Assembly: GCA_963693365.1 (NCBI GenBank)
Contig: CAVNZM010000003.1
Coordinates: 14,863,143-14,927,142, forward strand
Source of the DNA: Amoebidium appalachense
Taxonomy: Eukaryota > Protista > Ichthyosporea
Reading direction: 5' to 3'
Length of the DNA stretch: 64,000 nucleotides
A model generated the notes under the pieces. It was not told the DNA's origin. It did no database searches and worked only from the letters and a program-made list of their open reading frames with translations. Below, piece after piece: positions 1 to 15,050 of this stretch (positions are counted from its first letter, which is position 1; every line of letters starts with the position of its first letter). The translations under genes and the position numbers were made by a program.

Positions 1-290
1 CCCCCCCCCCCCCCCCCCCCCCCCCCCGGCTCCCCTTTCCCTCCTGAGGATGTGATTTGCATTGCAAACTGTGATGTGTTGTCCGTCATGAATGTGTATC
101 AGTCGTGCCCCGTTATGGGCACTACCCCCCTCCCCTCCCCCCTCCCTCCCCCCCCTTTCCCCTCCCCCCACGGGTCATCATTTCTACATGTGGTGGTGTT
201 ATTGACCACCGGCAAGCATCAAGTAGAATGAAGAGGTTGGCCGGAAGGGTGGTGGTGGTGGTGGTGGTGGGGGGGGGGGGGGGGGGGGGG

Positions 291-329
<39 letters not shown>

Positions 330-442
330 GGGCGGGGAGAAGAGAGAGAGACGGGGTGTGCTTGTGTGAGTGGGTGGTGACTGTGTGTGAATGATTTGTG
401 AGTATGAGGGACACCACGTTAATTCAATGGGAAGGGGTGGGG

Positions 443-479
<37 letters not shown>

Positions 480-492
480 TTTTGTATAGTGA

Positions 493-525
<33 letters not shown>

Positions 526-861
526 TTACCTATGTCATGTTGCATGTCGTGGGCACACAGACATATCGAACAACCACACACAGATACATAGAATACTCAC
601 ACAGACACCACGCCCACAAGATCACAAGCAGACATCCACACGTGCAAAGTTCAGACCCCCCCCCCCCTTTCCCCTGCCGGATGTATTGGCACGGGAGGAG
701 GAATATTGGGGGAAGAAGGATGTGTGAGAGAGGAGAGGGTGCTCGGGCGAAGGGAGGGGAGGTGGGGGTACTTTTGAGCAGGTAATAAACGGAAAGTTTT
801 GGCTTCAAGGCACAAAAAAAAAAAGAAAAAACGAGAGCCACGCAAGCACATGTGCACATAC

Positions 862-911
<50 letters not shown>

Positions 912-953
912 CATGCAAGCGCACCCACCCACCCACCCACCCACCCACCCACC

Positions 954-1034
<81 letters not shown>

Positions 1035-1857
1035 ACATTCATACACATACACACACACTCACACAAATATGCTGGACACTCATACGTGCACACCGACACA
1101 TCCTTATCACCCCCCCCCCCCCCCCCCCCCCCCGGCCCTCTTCTCCTCCCCCCTCCCCCAGCCCTCCGCCCTTCCCCCCCCCCCCCCCCTCCCCTCGCAC
1201 ATGGCCCCATACACATACCCACCCTCTCATTGTTCGCCACCGAACCAGAACATGCAATTATGGGTTGGGTCGTTAAGGTGATCAACGTGAATCGGTTGGA
1301 AGGGAGGAAACGGGAGAGAGGTCGGGGGGGCTGTTTGAAAAGGAAACGTCGTAATGTCATGTACAGAGGTTGAAGAATCAATGGCCTAATATATGTAAGA
1401 TATCCTTTAATATCATGGTTAAGTATTCATGAATATATCACTGAATATGTTGCCCATCAATATCATTATAGTATATTCATTAAATCAGTATATGAAATGT
1501 TCATGGCCTAATGCAACCAAGTAACTATTATTTACGGTGTGCACGTACACATATACGTAGCAAAGATTTGCATGCGCATGGTCAACACACACACACGCAC
1601 ACAATTACACACACACATACACACACACACACACACACACTCTCTCTCTCTCTCTCTCCCTCTCTCCCCCTCTCTCTTCTCTGTCTCACGCGCGTTCGCG
1701 TGCGCGCACACACACACACTCACTCACACACACACACACACACACACATACGTGTGAACACACATTCCCACTCACACACACGGGCACACACACACACATT
1801 CACACACACACACACACACACACACGGGCACACACACAATCCCACTCACACACACGG

Positions 1858-1915
<58 letters not shown>

Positions 1916-1969
1916 GTGTGAACACACAATCCCACTCACACACGGGCACACACACACACACACACACAG

Positions 1970-3030
1970 GCACGTGCAATTACCCAATCACCTGTACCTT
2001 TGCCATCGCCGGCACCACCACCACTCGACAATGAATCACCTGGACTCTTAGGTACCCCCTTCCCCTTCCATCTCCCCACCCCAACCCCCGCCCCGCTCCC
2101 CCCCCCCAACCACACTCTGTTCCCCGAAATGGCAAACTTCCTCGATGATCCTCCCTCCTCTCCTACACTCCCGCTGCTCCCCACTCTTTTGCCCTCCTAC
2201 TCACCCCATCCTCCCACCCCCTCCCCTTCCCCCCCTTCCCTCCCGCTTCCTCCCTCCCACTGAGAGCCCGCCCCCCCCCTCCCCCCCCCCTTCCCCCCCC
2301 CCCCCCCCCCCCTCCCACCCCCTTTCCCCCTTCTTCCCTACTACTCAATCCCCCCTTCCCCCCCTTCTCCCCTCCTACTCATTCCCCCCCTTCTCCTCTC
2401 CCTCTCCCCCTCCCCCTGGCCCCCAAATATCCCAACACCACTGGTATAGCAGTTCGTGCGTGCGTGCCTGCGTGCGGTGTGGTGTGTGTGGTGTGTTGTG
2501 TGTAGTGTGTAACACTAAACAGATGCACAGATTGCCCATGCATGTGAACACACTTGCATACTTCCACACAACCGGTACACACACACATGCATGCACACAC
2601 ACACACACACACACACACCTGTGTATGTATGCCCAACCAGACACCCGCGCTGACATCCACTTCGATCTCCCCCCCCCCCCCCCCCCCCACACACACATCC
2701 TGCCCACCCCCCCACCCCGCCTCCACACACACACACACACACACATACCTACCATCCCACCCCCGCCTCCACACACACACACACACACACATACCTACCA
2801 TCCCAACCCCCCCTCCACCCACACAGAGATCCTCCAAGAAACGCCCCAAGACACTCACGATCCCCCTGCACCACACGAGTCCCCCGACACCCCCAACATT
2901 TCCGACCTCGAAGCAGAAAGTTCGTCGCAAATCAAAGAGTTTTCTCGTGAATTCAAAGAGGTTGAACTGACTCCACCGGAACCGCCGGAACCAGCCACGT
3001 CTGATGATCCCCCAATACCTTCAGAAAATG
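1970..3030 (+). CDS. Putative internal exons (1970-2051, 2827-3030) of a Pro/Glu-rich low-complexity host protein
   Basis: Both segments are non-repetitive, are preceded by (CA)n-CAG acceptors and are followed by GT. Phases are compatible (G|AG gives Glu), reading [66 protein letters not shown].... No family recognised; start and stop not located. Confidence 0.35.
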
Positions 3031-3065
3031 GTTTCTACCCCCCTCCCCCCCCCCACCCTCCCCCC

Positions 3066-3099
<34 letters not shown>

Positions 3100-3203
3100 A
3101 CATGATCGACTGACTTTTTTAACACTCTCTGTTCAACCATGGAGCACGCAACACACTCTCCACCCGTTCAATTTGCATTTATTAAACGGTACTATGTTGC
3201 ACC

Positions 3204-4478
3204 TTACAGAAAGCTGACAACACTGAATCTAGACAAGCGGTCATAGTCACGGGTGTCCGGCACCCGCTCTCTCCTCCAGCCTGTGTCATACAAGCTCCAC
3301 ACCAACCCAACCCCCCCGGGGGAATCTAGCCCAGTGGTCTCCCACCGGGCCTGCCCCGATACACCCACACACACACTGCCGTCACGGCCGCCAATAGGGG
3401 ATGGGGGAGTTTGTGGGGGCAAGGGGGATGTTGATAGACACGGTGGAGGTAGTATTGGGAACATCCCGGGGTATGCGATGAATGAGAGGGGCGGCGGTGC
3501 AGGGGCAAGTTTGCGCGGGCCGGTCCGCGGCGGTGGTGGTGGCGGCGGCGGAAGCTTTGCACACTCGTCTACGAACAATTTTACACACCCTTCTAATATG
3601 TTCGCTGCATGTTGCCGCACATACGTGTGACACACGGCACACACGAGCACGGCGGCCGGCTGTGCAAAGATGCGCGCACAGTGGCAGCACAGGCAGGCAT
3701 GGAAGCGGAGGGGGAGGGCGGCGGCGGAGCAGGCCTGGGCGACACAGGGGGATGCGGGGCGCCGTCGGTTGCTGCATACTGGGCAGTATTCCAGGGCGGG
3801 GATGTACCAGTCGGAAAGGAGGCGGCGCAGGCGCCCGGCGACCATGTCTTCAAGGAACTCCTCTGCTTTGCGGTAGTGTACACAGGCACAGGCGGGGTCA
3901 GCACAGTCGGGCACTGGGGCCGGAAAGCTGACGTGCCACAGCGCACATGTGGGGGAATGAGGGGCTATCAAGTGCGCGGGATGGAGGGGGGAGGGGAGGT
4001 CGGAGAGACACGTGCAGGAGACTGACATGCCGGCCAGCAAAGGATAGACGGCGTTCCAGGCACGCAGCCGCTGGGCGTTGACAAAGCGGTTGGTGCGGCG
4101 GACAATGCGGAAGACACAGTGGTGGTCGTCGGGGCACGAGCTACAGCAGCCGGGGAGGCCCGGGGGAGCAGGCGAATGTGCTTCCACAGTGTTGAAACAC
4201 GCAACACAGAGACGGGAAAAGTGTGTTGTCGGAAGAGTCAGGCAGTGGTCACAGCTACAGACAAAACGGGCAAAGCCCGAGGCGTTCATCTTGCGCATGC
4301 GGGCATTGGGGATGCCGCAGGTACCGCACGCTTTCGAGGGTGCATCACTGTCACGCAGCCCCATACAACGCGTGCAGTCACATTCGTCAACAGGCAGGGG
4401 ACATGGGAGGGACCGTTTTGGTTTCTTGGTTTTCATCCTGGCCTCATCTGGAGAAGAAAATGAGCGTACGAAGGCCAC
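3204..4478 (-). CDS. Intronless Cys-rich protein (~410-424 aa) with two copies of a CxxC...CxCxHC...CxxC putative Zn-binding module
   Basis: 1.27-kb open frame in non-microsatellite, GC-rich DNA. Modules are ACGTCG...VCSCDHC...LCVACF and YCPVCS...ACLCCHC...VCAVCH. First ATG at ~4436 (MKTKKPKR). Confidence 0.55.
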   Translation of the reverse strand: MAFVRSFSSPDEARMKTKKPKRSLPCPLPVDECDCTRCMGLRDSDAPSKACGTCGIPNARMRKMNASGFARFVCSCDHCLTLPTTHFSRLCVACFNTVEAHSPAPPGLPGCCSSCPDDHHCVFRIVRRTNRFVNAQRLRAWNAVYPLLAGMSVSCTCLSDLPSPLHPAHLIAPHSPTCALWHVSFPAPVPDCADPACACVHYRKAEEFLEDMVAGRLRRLLSDWYIPALEYCPVCSNRRRPASPCVAQACSAAALPLRFHACLCCHCARIFAQPAAVLVCAVCHTYVRQHAANILEGCVKLFVDECAKLPPPPPPPPRTGPRKLAPAPPPLSFIAYPGMFPILPPPCLSTSPLPPQTPPSPIGGRDGSVCVGVSGQARWETTGLDSPGGVGLVWSLYDTGWRRERVPDTRDYDRLSRFSVVSFL

Positions 4479-4770
4479 GGTTATGAAGTTGCACGATCGG
4501 CGGTTCCTTCGGAGAAAAACAAATACCGGGATAAAAAAAAAGGCCGTGTATAAACAGCCATATAACTTACAAAACTACTATACAAGGCTACGAGTGTCAG
4601 CTACCATGGCTAATAGATAGTAAGACCTTCAAGTGCCTTGCCTCTCACAAAGCATTCGACTCTTAGTAGGATCCTTTTTTTTAGCAAAATAGGCACGCTC
4701 GGGAGGTGAACTGTTTCCCCTTTGTATTTAGAGATAATCAACATGTCCAATGTATCGGTGGTATGTAAAA

Positions 4771-6594
<1,824 letters not shown>

Positions 6595-6839
6595 AGAGTG
6601 AATTCCCTTGAACCCACTACACAATGACTGGGGCATAAGCCTTCGGCATGCAGACTGCGAGCCGGGTGGGGGGCCAGGCATGGATGCATAACAAGGGGGA
6701 GCAAGGGGGTGTTGTTTGTTTGGGTAAATTTTCGGTGAACTTGAATCATCTTCTATATGCTTGATGTGTAAGGGTTTAACGGGGGTTTCTGTGTATGGTG
6801 GTATGTTATTTTTTATCCCCCTCCCCCGAAGAACAGACC

Positions 6840-6887
<48 letters not shown>

Positions 6888-7114
6888 GGAACCCCCCGTG
6901 GATTGACTCCCCGTACAATCCCCCCTCTAAAAGGCTTGGGACCTACTATCAGGTTGGTGCTCAACATAATATCAACCGTCTTCCAAAGTTGATGCCACTG
7001 CAATCCATCATCAAACAGATGGAGCTGGTGAGCGTGCATGTAAAAGGTCTGGGGGCGGTGAGGGTGGCGGCAGCCGCCACCACCAAGCCTTAGGGCCTAC
7101 CACTCGCGGCGGCC

Positions 7115-7851
7115 ATGGACGTGCTCAAACCCGCCGGCGGCGTGCATGCGCTCTCGCAGATCCGCAGGCAGACCCGGCCTCCAACGAGTTCATGAAGGCC
7201 CTGGTCACGGAGCACCCCGTGGCGCTGACCGACGCCGCGGGCGCGGCCTTCATGTGTACTTACGCCGGCCGTAACGTGGACGAGGCCGCGCTCCGGCAGC
7301 TGCTGGTGGCACTGGGCATGGGCCGGGCCACAGCCGCGCGCATGGCCCTGTGCACCAAGTCACGCGCGGCCCAGCCCACGCTGCCCGTGCCGCTGACCGG
7401 CGGGTTCGCTTGCCCGGAGGCCAGCGCGGTGGTGAGGCTGACACAGGACGGCTACGCGCTCATGTGGGACGTGGCGCACTGCAGCTGGCTGGTGGAGGGC
7501 GACGCATGGGCGGGGCGGTTGGACGACGGCCTGGACGAGCTCTGTTTCGCGGCCTATGATCGCCTGCTGGTGGCTCGCCCCGACCTGGCCCGCTCTGTGC
7601 GGTACACGCCGTGCCGGGCGGGCGACTGGGCCCGGTCCGTGCCCACCGTGCACGTCGCCAGGCTGGCCCAGGCCCTCGCCCGTGACGACGGGGCGGGCAG
7701 GTTACCTTGGGAGGCCCGCACGTCGCTGTTTGTGCGCAGGTTGGCCCCGGAGTGGGAGCGGCGGTGGCGGGGTGGCCCGACCGCCACCCTTGACGCCGGC
7801 ATGGACGAGGGTCCCCGATCGTGGCCGCCGCGGCAACGTTCAACAAGTTAA
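7115..7851 (+). pseudogene. Hypothetical virus-like protein (~245 aa) with one frameshift near 7180
   Basis: ATG 7115 (MDVLKPAGGVHALSQIRRQ) shifts into the 7192-7851 frame (NEFMKALVTEHPVALTDAAG…). Strong GC3 bias, no introns. Confidence 0.5.
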
Positions 7852-8700
7852 CGCCCGCCGGAGCCCCCCGCGCCATTCGCTCTCGCTCTGGCCCCCCCGC
7901 CTCCTCCCCCCCTGACACCCACGCCTACCCCCCTCGTCCCCTCGTGGCCGCTGCCCCCCCCCCCAGGCCCCGCCGTTGGCCATTGCCCCTCCCCGGGCCC
8001 CGCCGTTGGCCGCTGCCCCTCCCCAGGCTCCCACCAGCCTGAGGCCGGTCTCGGAACCGCCCGTGCCCGTTGCGGTTGAGGTGGAGGTTGCTCCAAGGGC
8101 TGCGGTTAGCAAAACGCAGCCCATGGAGCCGTCCACCCGTCCTCCGCCACACGTTCCCCTGGATACGTTGACCTCGGCAGGGATGGCATCGCCACAAACG
8201 GCCGCCAGAACTCCCCGGGGGTCCAATGTACGCACGCCCTGGACACGGAAGAGACATCCGACAAAGACAGCGAGCTGGGAACGCTTACCGGCAGAAACGG
8301 CTGGCACAATGCCAACGAGCCGGGAACAATGACAGCGAGCGGCTGGCACACTGGCGGCGAGCCTAGAACGATTACCGGCGGGGGCGGCTGGCAGACACCC
8401 AGAGCACGGCCGCGTGAATGGCCCCGCTGGTTGTACCCAGCACCTTTGCTCAAGTCGCTTCGAAGGCTGTACCGGCACGGCGGCCGTCCGGACAACCCGG
8501 ACAACTTGAACCCGGACAACCCCAGCGGCCGTCACGATAATAGGCTCGCGCACCACGGCCATTCCATTGGCCACAACCGGGCAGAGAGTGGGCAGCATTT
8601 AGGTGGCATGGCAGAGGACGGCCTGCATGCGGCGGTAGCGGACCTTACCAGGAGGCTGCAGAGCCTGGAGGCTCGCGTGGCGTACCTTGAACGGAAGTAA
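7821..8700 (+). pseudogene. Frameshifted Pro-rich hypothetical protein with 3x E-x-x-T-x-T-x(2-3)-G-W-[HQ] repeats and a C-terminal coiled coil
   Basis: The 8329-8700 frame is open further upstream (ELGTLTGRNGWH / EPGTMTASGWH / EPRTITGGGGWQ) and ends LHAAVADLTRRLQSLEARVAYLERK*. Upstream Pro-rich pieces lie in other frames. Confidence 0.4.
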
Positions 8701-8745
8701 ACACACAGATACTGTTGCCCGGTCAGGCCTTAACCGGAGTAATCA

Positions 8746-9578
8746 TTAAAGCGGGCTCCGCGAGTATGGGGGCTCCAATACGGGAGCGGGCGAGTAGACG
8801 GGAGCAGACGCCAGCGTAGGGGCGGGCGAGTAGACGGGCGCGGGCGCCAGCGTAGGGGCGGGCGAGTAAACGGGCGTGGGCGCAAGCGTAGGGGCGGGCG
8901 AGTAGACGGGAGCGGGCGCCAGCGTGGGGGCGGGCGAGTAGACGGGAGCGGGCGCCAGTGTAGGGGCGGGCGAGTAGACGGGCGCGGGCGCCAGCGTAGG
9001 GGCGGGCAAGTAGACGGGAGCGGGCGCCAGCGTAGGGGCGGGAGAGTAGACGGGAGCGGGCGCCAGTGTAGGGGCGGGCGAGTAGACGGGAGCGGGCGCC
9101 ACGGCAGGGGCCGGCGAGTAGATGGGAGCGGGCGCCACGGCAGGAGCGGGTGAGTAGACGGGAGCGGGCGCCACGGCAGGAGCGGGTGAGTAGATGGGAG
9201 CGGGCGCCACGGCAGGGGCCGGCGAGTAGATGGTAGCGGGCGCCACGGCAGGAGCGGGTGAGTAGACGGGCTAGGGCGCCACGCAGGGGCGGGTGAGTAG
9301 ACGGGCGCGGGCGCCACAGTAGGAGCTGGCGCTGGAGCTGGAGCTGGAGCTGGCGCTGGCGCTGGCGCTGGCGCCGGAGCCGGCGTTGGAGCTGGCGCGG
9401 GTGGCTTGGGCTTTGGCGGATTCAGTGGGCGCGCGGCGTACACGTCGTAGTTCAATCCAGAGCCGGACTTTGACCGTATCCCCATCCGCCCATGTCACCG
9501 TGGCGACGTTGCCGCCTAGCGGAGGCCTGGCGTGGCCGTAGCGCCTAATGTTGGAACTGTCCAAGACCGTGGCGATGA
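8746..9578 (-). pseudogene. 3' half of the transposon-split virus-like gene: end of a DM9-like region plus a Pro-rich extensin-like tail
   Basis: IATVLDSSNIRRYGHARPPLGGNVATVTWADGDTVK, frameshift, SGSGLNYDVYAARPLNPPKPKPPAPAP, frameshift, then (APAPVYSPAPTL/AV)n. Joins in frame to 18019 once the element and one TSD copy are removed. Confidence 0.65.
8770..9320 (-). repeat. Coding 36-bp tandem repeat (~15 copies) encoding APAPVYSPAPTL/AV
   Basis: Plus-strand unit GGCGGGCGAGTAGACGGGAGCGGGCGCCAGCGTAGG with variants. Confidence 0.9.
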
Positions 9579-10319
9579 CATCAGCAAACTTCATCCGGCA
9601 TCCGAAACCCATCTTATATATCATTTTGATATATGGCATACCAAACCCCACCCTAAATACGTCAAAAAGAGCCTGACAAGATATCATAGAATTCCCGGAT
9701 AGAACCCATCAGATCCCTATCAATGATATCTTTGATAGGGTTCGGATTGGTTATGGTATGGCGCATATCCGAAACCCATCCTTTGCTGATATCCTTACGA
9801 TATCCTTACGATATCATAGAAAACCACGATGGTTTTGGTTTTTGACCGAAAATCTCAAAATTTCCTCATAGCATTATGATATCCATATGCTATCCTAGTG
9901 ATATGTATGTTAGCAAGGTCATAATAGCTCTTTTGGATATGTTTCACATACGTTTAGGATATTGGTGCCCCAAACGATGTCTGTTAGATGTCTTTGTTAT
10001 AGCCTACAGATATCCCTCATTATAGAATATCTTAATCCCATCCAATACGCATTACATGACGATATCTACCTGATGTCGTGGGACAATACAAATTGATATC
10101 CACGTGATATCTGATGGATAACATGTATGCTTATAAATTGAATATAATACAGATGTTGTTTTGATATCGTCTGGACATCGTTGTGATGTACCTACAACCA
10201 TTTTTTTGATATCGTTATGCGCCCATGGGGGTAATCCAGAAGATACCCTTGTACACAACCAGTAGGCATGTTGAAGACATCCAGGACCTTTTGATATCCT
10301 TTCGGATATCCCTTTGTCC

Positions 10320-11043
10320 ACAGGCCCAAGATATGATATCTAATTCATATCATTGTACAGGTCGTAAGGATATGTACCAAATATATCTAAATAAAGACTT
10401 GTGATATATGTGATTGGTATGTGTAAGATGCCCCTATGTACATCAATGTGATATGCTGTAACTTATCATTTGAATATCCCGCTCTGTCTAAAACGGCAGC
10501 ATTGTGGGTATCCTTTTGATATTCTTTTTGATATCCCTTTTATATTCAATATGTTATCTGTTTTTGGTCCTACATCTCAAACATATCACAACTGCCTCTT
10601 TGCAGGCCCAAGCTACGATATCTAATTCATATCTTTGTACACGTCGTAAGGATATGTACCTGATATATCTAAATAAAGACTAGTGAGTTGTGTGATTGAT
10701 ATCGGTAAGATGTCGCTATGTACATCAATGTGATATGCTGTAACCTATCATTTGAATATCCTAATCTGTCCAGAGCAGTAGTCCACGAGGTATCATCTAC
10801 ATATCTTTTAGAGGCCCTTAGATTATCATTGCGATATCCGCATAGGGATATATTTATATATCGAATTCATAAGTATATGATACATAAGCTTGCCATCCCA
10901 GTGATATCTAAGCGGCAGTATTGTGGATATTAGAAAGATATCAGAAGAACATCCGTGCAGTAGAAGGTCAGTGTCTTTTGTAAGTACATCAATGTGATAT
11001 CTAAACGGCAGCATTGTGGATATTAGAAAGATATCAGAAGAAC
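10320..11043 (+). repeat. Subterminal direct duplications inside the transposon
   Basis: A ~160-bp block CAGGCCCAAG…TATCATTTGAATATCC occurs at ~10321 and ~10603. A ~50-bp block GTGATATCTAA…GATATCAGAAGAACA occurs at ~10901 and ~10994. Confidence 0.8.
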
Positions 11044-12169
11044 AATCGAAAAATCCTTTAGATGTCTATTAGATGTCCGATGAGAATGGTTGCGATATAC
11101 GCGCAAAGAAAATTTTTGTGATCAAGCCAGCTGAGCAATCGTTGGGAAACCCGCCAATTACTCACACGGGGCATTGCGGGGCTCATTGCGGCCATCTGAA
11201 TGTGATGGTGGCATGGCCATTTATATAGGGCCAGGAAATCACTTTTCCGTTCGATTGTGGGACGAAAATCACAAAATGGCAAACCCGATTTTGATTGGTT
11301 GTTATTCTTCAAAACGGCATAATCAGGGTCACCCAACTGTGATCAGCCAATCACGTTTCATGTTTAATTGAGATTATCGCATACATCTAATGAAGATATG
11401 TTTCTGCCATCTTTACGACATCGCAACGACCTGATCTTCTATGGTCTGATCTTGTACATATCCCACAGGGGTCATAAACATCTCATAATGATATTTGTTA
11501 GATAAACACGCAACCACAACGGCCGCAAATAAAACTAAATTACCCCATTTGGCAAGTGCCATGTGGCAGAGTGTAAATTGCGAACGTCCGAAACACTAAA
11601 CACTAGGCAAAATAGAGCAATCTAGTAACTACATAGTACCAATTTCGAGCATCGAAGCAGGAAAATGGTTATTTATTGCAATTTTATATTTTGTGTGTTC
11701 CGAGGATGTTACCACCTTTGAAGGTTTATTAGCGCCTGAAAACAATACCTTACTGCATTAGGGCGGGTGCACATCACAGGCACGTGCACATTCTCCGGAC
11801 ACCAGATGATATATCGCAAGATATCCGTACGATATCTAATGTATGTATTGTTGATATCATTCTATTCTCATGCATCGTAGTTATAATGAACGTTACCATT
11901 TTATGACTATTTATGATATAAAACGCTAGTTACGCTTGTGCTTTCTATAACCGGTAACGCACGTTAACATTATGCCTCCGCGCGCGTGAACTACAAAGTA
12001 TGTGAAAACTGCAACGTAGTGATACACACTCTTCTTCTGAACCTATGTCGTCAATCATGACACACACACACACACACACACACAGCGAGACACGCACGCT
12101 GCCACACACACACACACAAACACACACACACAGAGAGAGATACACACACACAGACAGACACGTTGCCCT

Positions 12170-12200
<31 letters not shown>

Positions 12201-12234
12201 GCCACACACACACACACACACACAGGCACGTTGC

Positions 12235-12319
<85 letters not shown>

Positions 12320-12354
12320 ACACACACGTTACCATGCGCACCTACCCCCCCCCC

Positions 12355-12385
<31 letters not shown>

Positions 12386-12454
12386 ACACACGTACATACA
12401 CACACCCAAACACATGCCCGTGTGCACGTACATCGGTAGACACGAACGCGCGAG

Positions 12455-12486
<32 letters not shown>

Positions 12487-12598
12487 GTGTTCACATAAAG
12501 ACAGGGTACACCACGGTTGCCTCGATATTCCTCTGTTCTTTATCTACACATTCTCGGCTCACTCTCCCGTTCATAAAATATCTCCTCCCTTGTAGCAC

Positions 12599-14336
12599 CT
12601 TGTAGCATAGTATATGTACATATGTTACCTAGACATTATTGGTTTTTCAATAACTACCCACAGAACAGCCTCTAGCACGAGAAATTTACCACAACGTTTA
12701 TGGGGGGGATGGTAAATGTGCCCCTGGAGTACGAGGGTCACACGAAAAAAACACAACCTTGTAGCTCGAATAGAACCCCCCTTGTAGCATAGTATAAGTA
12801 CATGTGTTACCTAGACATTATTCGTTTTTTCAATAACTACCCACAGAACAGCTTCTAGCACGAGAGCTTTACCACAAAGTTTATGGGGGGGATGGTGAAT
12901 GTGCCCCTGGAGTACGAGGGTCACACGAAAAAAACACAACGTTGTAGCTCGTATAGAACCCCCCTTGTAGCATAGTATATGTACATAGTATGTTACCTAG
13001 ACATTATTGGTTTTTTCAATAACTACCCACAGAACAGCTTCTAGCACGAGACATTTACCACAAAGTTTATGGGGGAGATGGTGAATGTGCCCCTGGAGTA
13101 CGAGGGTCACACGAAAAAAACACAATGTTGTAGCTCGAATAGACCCCCCTTGTAGCATAGTATATGTCCATGTGTTACCTAGACATTATTGGTTGTTTCA
13201 ATAACTACCCACAGAACAGCTTCTAGCACGAGACATTTACCACAACGTGTATGGGGGGGATGTTGAATGTGCCCCTGGAGTACGAGGGTCACACGAAAAA
13301 AACACAACGTTGTAGCTCGTATAGAACCCCCTTTGTAGCATAGTATATGTACATCATACGGTATGTTACCTAGACATTATTGGTTTTTTCAATAACTACC
13401 CACAGAACAGCTTCTAGCACGAGACATTTACCACAACGTGTATGGGGGGGATGTTGAATGTGCCCCTGGAGTACGAGGGTCACACGAAAAAAGCACAACG
13501 TTGTAGCTCGTATAGAACCCCCCTTGTAGCATAGTATATGTACATAGTATGTTACCTAGACATTATTGGTTTTTTCAATAACTACCCACAGAACAGCTTC
13601 TAGCACGAGAGCTTTACCACAACGTTTATGGGGGGGATGGTGAATGTGCCCCTGGAGTACGAGGGTCACACGAAAAAAACACAACGTTGTAGCTCGTATA
13701 GAACCCCCCTTGTAGCATAGTATATGTACATAGTATGTTACCTAGACATTATTGGTTTTTTCAATAACTACCCACAGAACAGCTTCTAGCACGAGACATT
13801 TACCACAAAGTTTATGGGGGAGATGGTGAATGTGCCCCTGGAGTACGAGGGTCACACGAAAAAAACACAACGTTGTAGCTCGTATAGAACCCCCCTTGTA
13901 GCATAGTATATGTACATATATATGTTACCTAGACATTATTGGTTTTTCAATAACTACCCACAGAACAGCCTCTAGGACGAGAGATTTACCACAACGTTTA
14001 TGGGGTGGATGGTGAATGTGCCCCTGGAGTACGAGGGTCACACGAAAAAAACACAACATTGTAGCTCGAATAGAACCCCCCTTGTAGCATAGCATATGTA
14101 CATGTGTTACCTAGACATTATTCGTTTTTTCAATAACTACCCACAGAACAGCTTCTAGCACGAGAACTTTACCACAAAGTTTATGGGGGGGATGGTGAAT
14201 GTGCCCCTGGAGTACGAGGGTCACACGAAAAAAACACAACGTTGTAGCTCGTATAGAACCCCCTTTGTAGCATAGTATATGTACATCATACGGTATGTTA
14301 CCTAGACATTATTGGTTTTTTCAATAACTACCCACA
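12599..14336. repeat. Tandem array of a ~182-191-bp unit (9 full copies plus 1 partial)
   Basis: Unit starts (C/T)TTGTAGCATAG at ~12599, 12781, 12964, 13149, 13332, 13523, 13709, 13895, 14081 and 14264. Copies differ only by scattered SNPs and short indels. No unique spacers. Confidence 0.95.
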
Positions 14337-15019
14337 TGCGGCATGTGTTACTTTCACGTTATTGGTTTCCTAGCACGGGATATTCAGCACACAGTTGGGG
14401 ATGTGGGGGCAGTGTACACCTCAATATTGGTAAGGTGGTGGGTGGGTTGGGGGGGGGGGGGGGGGGGGGGGGAGGGGGGGGTTCCACACAACCGAAACTG
14501 TCGGTGTTACAAGTGGTTCGGTCTTAAGAAGTTAGAACGGTGATTTTTTAATTAATAGCGGGAAACAATATTATCCCCATTGCATATGGGGGGAACGAGG
14601 AGGGGGGGAGGGGGGGGGGGGGGGGGGGGGGTTCACAACGAATTCTATCGACTGTGCATAATTAATGTATATTGCACATGTAGCCTGAAAGATTAAAGTG
14701 AATGTGTGTATGTATATGTGCGAGTATATTTGTGTATGCAATACATGTACAATGTTTTCGTCTTTGTAGGTGGGTGGGTGGGGTGGGTGGGGGGGGGGGG
14801 GGGGGGGGGGGTGCGCGGGGGGAAGAGGGAGGGGGGAGGGGGCATCATGATCAGGGATAACAGGGTGTGTGCGTGTGTGCGCTTGTGTGTGCATGTGCTG
14901 TGTGTGTTGTGTAGGTGTGCGCCTGTGTGTGTGTGCGTGCCTGTGTGTGCGCGCCTGTGTGTGTGTGTGTGTGTGTGTGTGCAGTGTGCATGTGTGAGTG
15001 TGTGTGCGTGCGCGCGTGC

Positions 15020-15050
<31 letters not shown>

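Noticed and set aside
1381-1512. AT-rich ATAT(C) block between two ATGGCCTAAT copies, and a similar GATAT-rich block at ~47280-47760
   Set aside because: Compositionally like the transposon subtermini, but no TIR match was found, so they cannot be called elements.
12599-14336. Regular array considered as a CRISPR or guide array
   Set aside because: Whole ~185-bp units are repeated with no unique spacers, and no cas or nuclease gene is nearby.
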